NCBI GenBank assembly: GCA_965240325.2
Contig: OZ251255.1
Location: 496,001 to 560,000 of the forward strand
Source: Rebecca billardiae RCC1528
Lineage: Eukaryota; Protista; Haptophyta
Direction of reading: 5' to 3'
DNA length: 64,000 bases
This document shows positions 55,483 to 64,000 of this stretch, piece by piece. The position numbers and the translations under genes are program-made. Under the pieces are notes generated by a model. It did no database searches. It worked only from the letters and a program-made list of their open reading frames with translations, and was not told the origin of the DNA. Every line of letters begins with the position of its first letter. Positions within the stretch are counted from its first letter, which is position 1.

Positions 55483-56299
55483 CAGCAGCAGCGCCACCAG
55501 CGTCAACCGTGGAGAAGGAGGGCGCCCCGATTGCGCCGCCGCCGCGCGCGCCGATGGCCGGCTGACGGCGTTGACGGCCATCACCCTCGCAGTTCTATAC
55601 CACCCTGTTCCGAGCTGCTGTTGTTGTCCCGCAATCGACCGGCGCCCGGCGGCCCGGACCCTGTCCACCGGGGTCACCCGCGAGATCAGACGACGCCGCC
55701 CTATTAGTTGAATACTGCAGGCTAGCTCTTTGCAGCTCGCGTCGTGATGACGCATGCTGTACGGGTATATCGGCGCGATTGTCGTATTATATGCACTTAT
55801 ATATATATATGTCTAGCCGTCCTCGTGAACGCCGACGCCAACTGCTGGCCGAAGGTGGGCACGCCGCCTGGCATGTCGATGCCGAGGCGGCTGCGTGTGT
55901 TCCTACTCAGTGGGATTTACGTGTCCTCATGCCTTGGCGAGCGGCAGCAGATGCGGTGGGCATGCCGCTCGCCGTCGACGAGACGCGGTGCGTGAGTGCC
56001 GAAAGATGTTGGTCGGTGCACGCGACGCGCCACCCGCGTGCGAGCCGCCGCCGCCGGCGACGCAGGACGAGCTTGGCTGGAGCCATCTCGCACGCCGCGC
56101 CTGGCGAAGCAGGCGGCAGAGGCCGGCGCCGGAAACCGATCTCCTGGTGGGCGGCACAGAACAACCCGGACAGACTGTTTGTCCGGGAGCAGCGCCCTTT
56201 GAGGCGATGGTTTGGTAGAGGGCGATGTGGCTGATGAGCGGCGCTGGCGCCCGGCGTTCTTGTCGTCCTCTTAGACAATCAGTTATTGTACCAATAACC

Positions 56300-56530
56300 C
56301 CACATATAACTATATATATGCATATACACACATCATATATATGATGCGTATATAGGTATATACATAGGCGGGAGAACGAGACTGATCAGAGAGAGACGAT
56401 ATATATATATATAGAATATGATATATAGCAGCAGTATAGTTTTATATATAATAATAGCAGATCTAGAGAGAGAGTCGCTAGAGAGAGAGAGCTAGACTCT
56501 AGAGCAGAGAGAGAGAGAGAGAGAGACTCT
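56300..56530. repeat. TA/GA-rich low-complexity tract
   Basis: Seen directly in the sequence. Confidence 0.8.
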
Positions 56531-56768
56531 CAGCAGACTGCGCCGCCATCATACATCATTGCAGCGTATAGTCCGCCGCGATCGAATCATCGATATCACT
56601 TCAGCCGCGCGGCATCATTATACAGTAGCCGAATAAGAATATAAGCCGGAATTATATCATATCGTCAGTGCCAGTGGCGGCGCGCCATCGCGAGGGATTG
56701 ATCGTCGTCATCTTCCGACGCGAGATGCTATACTGCGCCTGTCTGCGCGCTCTGGCGGCGCCGGCCGC

Positions 56769-57866
56769 CTACGTGCGTCGTGGGCACGTTCCATCATCAT
56801 CGTCAACCGCGCTGCTGTCATCAACAGTCCGAGAAGCAGATGGCCTTAGCAGGCTCAGCCGCGTTGTAGCTGTACATACCATAGGCAGTACAGCCGGGCG
56901 CTCGCGCCGTGAAGCAGTCGTTTGCGCGAGCTGAGCCCTGGTCTCGAGCCACGCAAGCAGCTCGATGCTGCCGGGTCCCAGGCGGCCATGCGCGCCCGGC
57001 TTCGTCACCTCCGACGACACCTCCTGGGCGCTCTGCGCCTGCCACAGGGCGGGTGGCACTGGCAGTCCGGAGCGCTGGGCGTCGCAGTGCAGCCCGAGCA
57101 CAAGCTCGTCGCCGCCCGGACCGCCCGGACCGCAGCCGGACGGCTCGCCGTCGGCGAGGGCGACGATCCAGTGCAGGATTTTCGCCTGCCCGGCGCGTAG
57201 CGCGCTGCCCCCGAGCCACCGTAGGTTGATCGGCGCGCCCCGCGCGTGCAGCAGTTGGCAAGCCCCAAGCTGTCCCGCCTCTGCGGCCGCGCACGCGATG
57301 CGCGCATGCAGCGGGCAGTCGATGTCGATGAGCCAGCCGAGCACGCGCAGCCGGCCGGCGCGGGCGGCGTATTCGGCCACGCGCTCGGTCGTCTCCACGC
57401 CAAGCGACTGCAGGTAGCGGCATGCTGGCAGGTGCCCGCCCTCGGCCGCCCGCTCCATGCAGCAGCTCCCAGCAGCCCGGCTGCTGGAGTGGTCGGGTGC
57501 GCTGGGCACGGGCTGGTGCATCCACGGGTCACCCAGCAGCGTGTGCAGCCGTGCAAGGACGGGCACGTTGCCGCGCGCTGCAGCCGCAAGCGCCACAGCC
57601 CCGTACAAGACGCAGTGCGCGTCGTGAACGGCCCATGCGACGCGCCGCGCGGACGCGACCGCAGCCGCCACGCTCGTCACGAAGAGTGGCCGCTGATGTG
57701 TTGCCGTCCTCCGCGCGAGGAGGGCGTCTCGGAAGAGCCTGCACGTGAGGGCGGCGGCGAGCTCGTCATCCTCGTACAGCTCGTCCGTGACGAGGCGGGC
57801 GAGCTCGGACGAGCTCAGCGCGAGCACCAACGTCACCGACCCCGTCGTCGTCTGGGCGGTGGACAT
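56769..57866 (-). CDS. Ankyrin-repeat protein with F-box-like N-terminus
   Basis: N-terminal SELARLV..EL...AAALTCRLFRD. Short ankyrin repeats AAARGNVPVL, AAEGGHLPACRYL, AARAGRLRVLGWL, AAEAGQLGACQLL of the type common in algae and giant viruses. Confidence 0.8.
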   Translation of the reverse strand: MSTAQTTTGSVTLVLALSSSELARLVTDELYEDDELAAALTCRLFRDALLARRTATHQRPLFVTSVAAAVASARRVAWAVHDAHCVLYGAVALAAAARGNVPVLARLHTLLGDPWMHQPVPSAPDHSSSRAAGSCCMERAAEGGHLPACRYLQSLGVETTERVAEYAARAGRLRVLGWLIDIDCPLHARIACAAAEAGQLGACQLLHARGAPINLRWLGGSALRAGQAKILHWIVALADGEPSGCGPGGPGGDELVLGLHCDAQRSGLPVPPALWQAQSAQEVSSEVTKPGAHGRLGPGSIELLAWLETRAQLAQTTASRRERPAVLPMVCTATTRLSLLRPSASRTVDDSSAVDDDDGTCPRRT

Positions 57867-58148
57867 GGCGGCTCTTCGCGATGATGCTGGTCAGGGTCGA
57901 TGAGCGCCGGCTGCTCACCGTTGGTCGTCGACCAGGACCGTCAGTTGGCGTGCCGGCGACTTATTCGCTCGCGTCATCATCAATTCAACTTGCTCGTCTC
58001 TGCCACTGCCACTGCGCTACACATGAGTCATGACAGAGTCTCACTTAGTCACTATTGATCGCACACAGGTTGATGAAGGATGACGAGTCTGAGTGCAGCG
58101 CCACGCACCGTGCACTCCCTGGAGCGCACGACCCGCGCGCAGCAGCAC

Positions 58149-58793
58149 TCACCAATGCTCGCTCGACGCGCGGTGCCGCCTCGACGCCGCCGCCGCCGAG
58201 CGCGCGCGCTCGCCGCCCACGTACTCGTCGAGCGCGCGGAGGGAGGTGCCGGCCAGGTAGCGCAGCAGCCGCTTGCGCAGGTTGACGCACGCGTTGGCGT
58301 GCGCCTCGGTGCGGGCGCGCGAGGCGTCCACGCGCCGAGCCCAGCCCACGCCGACGTCCTCGTGCTCGGCGCCGCTGGTCGCCAGCGGTGTGGCATGTCC
58401 AGTCGCCGCCGCCGCGCCGGCGCCCGTCGCTCGCAAGCGGCCCACGACTGAGACGACGACGTGGTAGTGGCCGCCGGTCTCCTCGAAGGTCTCGGAGTCC
58501 ACACGCGACGAGATGACGTCCGCAGCCCACCCGCCTCGCCCGAACGCCGCGTCGAAGACGTGGATGTCGGGCGCGACGCCGCTCGCGCCAGGCCGTACGG
58601 CAAACGCCGCGTCCTCCGCGCGGCGCGCCTCGAGGGCGGCGAGCTCCTCCTTGCGCCGGCGGAGGGCGCGCGCGCGCATGCGCTCGGGATCGACCTGCCA
58701 CATGTCGTGCTTCAGCGCGGCCGTCTCCATGCGCTCGTGCGCGGCCTCCTGCTCGCGCAAGGGTGACGGCTGCGCCCGGGCGCTCGCCATCAT
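58149..58793 (-). CDS. Rad52/Rad22-family ssDNA-annealing-domain protein (N-terminal domain only, divergent)
   Basis: RPGASG...FDAAFGRGGW..DV....VD...VVVSVVGRL...HEDVGVG...A..EA...A.V..RKRLLRYL parallels Rad52 R.G.GG...N..FG.NGWS...HEDVGYG...KEAVTDALKRALR.FG. Confidence 0.75.
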   Translation of the reverse strand: MMASARAQPSPLREQEAAHERMETAALKHDMWQVDPERMRARALRRRKEELAALEARRAEDAAFAVRPGASGVAPDIHVFDAAFGRGGWAADVISSRVDSETFEETGGHYHVVVSVVGRLRATGAGAAAATGHATPLATSGAEHEDVGVGWARRVDASRARTEAHANACVNLRKRLLRYLAGTSLRALDEYVGGERARSAAAASRRHRASSEHW

Positions 58794-58867
58794 CGTCGTC
58801 GATCGGCGCGGCTTTGATGTGTGCGGTGTGCCCCCCCCGCTTGCTCACCCGGCGGAAAGGAAGTGAC

Positions 58868-59030
58868 GCCGGTCTGTGGCCGAGTGGGAGTACTGGCGTG
58901 CTCTTGCGTCTGAGAGGTCATGGGTTCAAAACCAGTTTCCAGGTCTCTCTTCGGAGAGCGTGCGATGAAGGATGGCGCGGCAACCTGCCACCGTGCTGGT
59001 GAGCCTTAATATATAATTATTATTACGCAC
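58868..59030 (+). ncRNA. tRNA-like sequence (tRNA pseudogene or SINE head)
   Basis: A-box TGGCCGAGTGG (58877-58887) and B-box GGTTCAAAACC (58923-58933) at tRNA-like spacing. Poor cloverleaf pairing; AT-rich tail near 59005-59030. Confidence 0.4.
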
Positions 59031-61127
59031 GTTAAAACAAATAACCGTAAAGAAGAAATGGTCCGCGGCCGTCCGGCCGTGCTGCGCAAACGATGTCCTC
59101 GCCAGCACTCAGCAGCGCTCACTCTGTCCATCCAGCGCCGTGACCATCCCGCAAGGTTCCGCCTCACCGTTCTAGACGACGATCTCTGGTTTCAGCATAG
59201 GAGACAGTCGAGGTCGGAGGTGTGGCCCGTGCGAGTGACGGAGTGACCAGCGGCCGCAGCCGGCGAGTCCTCGTGTGCGGTGTGGCGCCACCTGTGCAGC
59301 ACGACTTCGGGTTCCGGCATAGCTTCCCCCTGGCTGTGCTCGTGCTGGCTAACCTGACTGACGCGCATCAGTCGGCTGTGACGTCTGACACGATCCGCGG
59401 TAAACTATACGAATCTTACGAACGCGCCCTGGTGCCGGCCAGGCGCCGCAGACGCACTGCGAGCGAGCCAACCGCGCCGTGCACTGGCCGGTTGACCCAC
59501 AAGTGGCCATACGGCGAGACGTCACCAGGCACCTGTCGCACGAGTCGCACGTTAATTAACGTGGTGCGCTCCCTCCGCCTCCCTGCCGATTCAGACTTGA
59601 TGCCCGGCGCCACACCTGACACACACCAGCTCACTACCCCAAGGCCCAGATGTGAGAGGTAAAATGGAGTCTGGGCTGCCGGCCGGAGCCCATCAAGCAG
59701 ACACGCCTGCGGCTGCTGCAGCCGCAACGTGCTGGCGATGAGACAGGGGACCAAGACCACCCCGTCCGCACCAAGCCATCCGCGATTGTGGTCATCCAGC
59801 CGCCCGAGGAGCCAGCCTCGCGCGAGCAGGCGGACGCCCAACCACCTGAGCGCGGCACCTGGCCGCAGCACATGCCACACAACGGTGGCGCAGCTGCCAA
59901 GGGCAAGGCAACGCAGAAGGACGCAATCGTGCGGCCAGCGTCGTAGCGGGCATCCATCCAACCCACACGGGAGGCCCGCAGCCGCCTAGCAGCCCAGCCC
60001 AGCCCATCACAGTCAGTCACAGCACTGGCTCTCGTGCAGCATCCGCACCCTGCGAGCACGGAGAGTTCAGGACGCAACGCAGGGCGGCGCGCGCGCGGCA
60101 GACGAGCCAGGCCGTCACCGCCCGCCTCCACAAGCCGCCCCCCCGCGCGCGGCGCGGCGCGCGCCGCGACCCTCGGGTCGAACCGGGACGCACTGCTCAC
60201 GCCGCGGCGCAGCGCGACGGGCGCGGCGCGGCGAGGTCGCATGTGATTCCCCCGGGGGCCTGAGCGTACTGGCTGAGGCCCCCACGCGCGGCGGACTCCG
60301 TGCGCGCCCCGCCTGATGTGCGCGCGGCGCGCAGCCGCAGCGCGCGGCGGGCCGGTGCCGGTGCGTATTCGGTCTCGTCGGCCCGTGCTCGGTCTCGTCA
60401 AAGCGTTACCCGCATCCGCCCCCAGGCGGCCCCCTTTAGCGCGGTCCTCGACAGCGAGGCCAACCATCGACGCTTGGACGCCTACGGCCGCGCCAAGCGA
60501 CGGCGCCGAGCGGGCGCGCGCGCGCGGCACGAGAGGTAGACTCCCGCAGCGTGCCTCCACACCCCGCCCGCGCCAGCGCACCCGCCCCCGGCTCTCTTCC
60601 CGCTCCGCGGCGGCGTGCGGCACCCGAGCCGAACGGAACGCGTGCACGGCGCACGCCGCAGCGCGGCGCGACGGGCGCGGCGCGGCGCGCTCGGAATTTT
60701 CTCGCCCGGGGCTCCGAGCGTACGGGCCGACGCGCCCACGCGCGGCGCGCTCCGCGCGCGCCCCGCCGAATGCGCGGGCCGGCGTGAGGTGCGGGTCGGC
60801 ACGCTCGGGTGCGGCGGCGCGGCCGTCGCGAGGGGTCCCCGCACTTGGAGGCGGACTGGAAGCGTCCGGACTCTCCTTGATGTTGCACAAAGCCGCGGGG
60901 GCGGCACGGTTAAATCCGGGCGTGCCCCCCCCGCGGAATAAACTGTAGCGCTACACTTCCTTACACCGTAGTATACTGTCGTCGTACGACTGCTATACTG
61001 CTACGACGACTACTACGTACTAACTACTACTTAGTAGGGTCTACGGCGACTAGCTGCGCGACCGACTGCGACACTCTCTCAGACAGCATCACTCACCTCA
61101 TCGCGGAGGGCGGAGCCCAAGCCGCGA

Positions 61128-63377
61128 TCATCGGACGGCGACGACGTCAGCGTCAGCGCCCGCCGTCAGAGCGCCGCTCCCCGCGGCTGCGGCCGCGGGC
61201 GGCCCCGCCACGCCGCCGCCTCCGAGCAGACTCTGCGCGCCGGACGGCTCGACGCCGGCGGCGGCCTCCGCCTGCACACGCGCGAGCCATTCGTCGACGA
61301 GCCGCCGCGCCGCCTTGGCCGCCCAGCGGTGGCCGAAGACGAGGAGCAGCGCACACTCGGCGTCGAGCGCCGCGCCGTCCGCGCCCACGAGCAGTCGCGG
61401 CGCCGCCGACGCCGCCGCGTCCTCAGCCGCCTCCGCGCGCGTCGGCGAGCGGTTGCGCGCCGCCGCCGCCAGCGCGCCGCGGTGCGGCCTGTGCAGCAGG
61501 AACACGTGCGCGCCCGACTGCTCGGCGAGCGCGTGCGCCGCGCGCCCCGCGCCCCGGACGAGCGTGGCCACGTGCCGCTCTGTCCTGAGAACGTAACCGA
61601 CGCCGTCGGCGTGACCGTACCGCGCGTGGGCGAGCATCAGCGCGAGCGCGCGCGGCACCGACGCGCGCGCCCAGTCCGCCCAGCCGGCCCAGCCGGCGGG
61701 CTCGGCGGCGGCGGCGGGCGGCTCGGGCGGCGGCGCGGCTTGGAGGACGACGTCGAGTGTGCGCCGCCGCTCGGAGCGGCGCACGTCCGCGCGGCGAAGG
61801 CCCTCGCGCGCCGAGACGGCGGCTGCGGCGTTGGCCCAGCGCGCCTCCACCGCCGCCACGGCCGCGCTGTCGCCCGCGCAGTACCACCGGACCATGAACA
61901 GAGAGTCCGGTGCGGAGCGCGTCACCACCGCGCCCAGCGCCATCAGCAGCGCGCGCTCGGCCGACAGCTCGTGTCCGGAGGTGATCGTCAGGTGCGGCAC
62001 CGGACCCTGCGCCCAGCGCACCTGCGGGCGAGGCCAGCACAAAGCGCGCGCGGGCGCGTGCGGCGCAGGGGGTAGGGGATAGGGGGTTAGGGTTGTTAGT
62101 TTGGGGTTTAGGTGAGGGTTAGGGTAGCGCGCGCGGGCGCGTGCGGCGCGCGGGCGGGTTGCGGCGTGAGCCGCGGTGCGCACGGCGCCCCATCCGCGCA
62201 CGCGCGCGCGCTGTGCTGCGCGCGCGCGTGCGCGCACGCACCGTCGCGCCGCCCCTCGCCTGCTGCTCCAGCTCGGCAGCCATGCTGTTTGAGCCCGAGC
62301 CGCCGTCCTCCAGGTACAGCTTGGCGCGGACGGCCGCGCCGGGCGCGGACGGCGCCATGGCGGCCGCGGCGGCGTCGAGGGCGAAGGCGGTGCGCGCGCC
62401 GTACAGCGGACCATACTCGCCGCCGTAACCGCCGCCGTAACCGCCACCCGTGTCGCCACCGCCCAAGTCAGCCGCGCGCCCGATGCGCACGCTGCGCGCG
62501 CCACGCGCCGGCGGCGAGCCCCCGCGCGATGCACCGCCGCCGCCGTAACCGCCGCCGCCATAACCGCCGCCGCCGTAGCCGCCGTCGCTGGACCGACCGC
62601 CGGTGCCGGTGCCGCCGCCGTAACCGCCGCCGCCGTAACCGCCGCCGCCGTAGCCGCCGCCGCCGTAGCCGCCGCCGCCGGACACGCGCCCCGCGCCGCG
62701 CCGCGGCGGGCTGCCCCAGCCTCCTGCGCCGCCGCGCGTGCCACCGGTCTGGGGGCTCGCCCAGCCGGCGGCGGCAGCGCCGGCGGCGCCGCCGCGCCGC
62801 ACGGGCGTCCACGCCCCCTCGTCCGCGCCACCGCCGTCGGCGCCCCGGCCTCCGCCGCCGCGCCCAGGCGTGTGCCCCCACGCGTCCGCGCCGCCGCCGC
62901 CCCGGTGCGTGCCGCCGCCGCGCCATCCGTCGTCGTCGTCCGCGCGCGTGCGCGCCGTGCCGCCGAGCCCGGCGGCGGGGCTGCGCCACTCCGGCCGCCG
63001 GCCGCCGGCGCCGCCGAGCGCGCCGCCGGGCGACACCCAACCGCCCTGCACGCGCCCGCCGCCGCCACCGTACTGCCCTGCGTCGTAATCGCCGTCGGCG
63101 CCGCCGCCGCCGCCCCAATAACCGCCGCCGCCGCCGCCGCCGCCGCCGCTGCCGCCGCCACGCCTCGCGCCTCGGGCGGGAGTCACGCCCGACGCCGCGT
63201 CGTCGTCGCCGCCGCTGCCTGACAGCAGCTCGGCCGCGAGGTCGAGCCGGTCTGCGGCGCCGTGCGCGCGGCGCGCGCTCGAGTGCCCGCCGGGACGCGC
63301 GCCCGCGTCCGCACCGGCGCGGTACAAGCCCCCAGCGGTGCGCATGCGCGCGGCCGAGTCCGCAGCCGACTGCGCAT

Positions 63378-63422
<45 letters not shown>

Positions 63423-64000
63423 GGCGCGCTCCGCCGGGTGTGCCGCCGCCACCGCCGAAGCCGACCGCTGCGTCGCTGTCGTCGGCGTCGGCGTCGCTGC
63501 TGCCGCCGCCGCCGCCGCCGCCGAGCGCCCAGCGCCCGCCGCCGCCGCGCCGCGCCGAGCCACCGCGCGCGCCGCGGCCAAGCGGCGTGCCCGGCGCCGC
63601 AGAGCCCCGCGCGTCGCCGCCCCAGCCGCGCCCGTCGGCTGCGGAGCCGGCGCCGCCGCGGCCGTAGGGCGTGCCCGCGCCGCCGCGGCCCGGCCGGGCG
63701 TAGGCGGCGGTGCCGTCACCGTCGGCGTCGTAGCCGCTGCCGCCCTCGCCGTCGGCATACCCGCCGCCGCCGCCGCGGCCATAACCGCCGCCACTGCCAT
63801 AGCCACCACCGCCGCCGCCGTCGCCGCCGCCGCCGCCGTAGCCGTAGCCGCCGCCGCCGTAGCCACCGGCCGCGCGCCGGCCCGCGCCGCCGCCGTCGTA
63901 GCCGCCGCCGCCGTACCCGCGGTCACCACCGCCGCCATACCACCGACCGCCGTCGGCGGCGCCGTACCGGCCACCGCCGCCGCCGCCGTCGAACTCATCG
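61128..64000 (-). CDS. Gly/Tyr/Arg-rich low-complexity protein with degenerate KH-like C-terminal domains (5' part beyond window; exons >64000-62242, 62021-61128)
   Basis: Extensive GGGGY/RGG tracts. In-phase GT-AG intron. VATLVRGAGRAAHALAEQSGAHV...LVFG...AKAARRLV resembles a KH fold. Confidence 0.65.
62070..62126. repeat. Degenerate telomere-like (TTAGGG) tract within an intron
   Basis: GGGGTTAGGGTTGTTAGTTTGGGGTTTAGGTGAGGGTTAGGGTAG. Confidence 0.55.

Noticed and set aside
55790-56270. Small gene between cyclin copy 3 and the ankyrin gene
   Set aside because: Only short ORFs without recognisable motifs.
59030-60950. Possible further TIR element with gene scraps
   Set aside because: The interior looks mosaic, but no convincing TIR or TSD could be identified.
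62070-62126. True telomere or chromosome end
   Set aside because: Short, degenerate and inside an intron.

Overview
Very GC-rich eukaryotic nuclear DNA with short GC-rich spliceosomal introns (GTGCGC donors, CGCAG acceptors, one GC-AG intron) and intergenic (TA)n/(GA)n microsatellites. The style suggests a haptophyte alga such as a member of the Pavlovales (inference only). The first ~35 kb hold RPS28, a polysaccharide-lyase-like/extensin membrane protein, a giant protein with 9-10 C2 domains between MORN repeats, a signal-peptide coiled-coil protein, a tandem pair of secreted beta-helix proteins, a catalytically dead PPPDE/DeSI protein, SNU13 and RFC2. Several ~2-3 kb non-autonomous TIR elements filled with gene scraps lie among these genes. 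From ~37.7 to 59 kb lies an accessory island with three P/U-type cyclin copies (partly in inverted arrangement), an RTX-repeat secreted protein, a Ulp1-like remnant, kinase/scramblase fragments, an F-box/ankyrin gene, a Rad52-family gene and a tRNA-like sequence. The most striking element is a phycodnavirus-type AEP primase with a C-terminal Zn finger, enclosed by long inverted arms built of iterated repeats (48.6-52.5 kb). All calls come from manual motif recognition; no database search was run.
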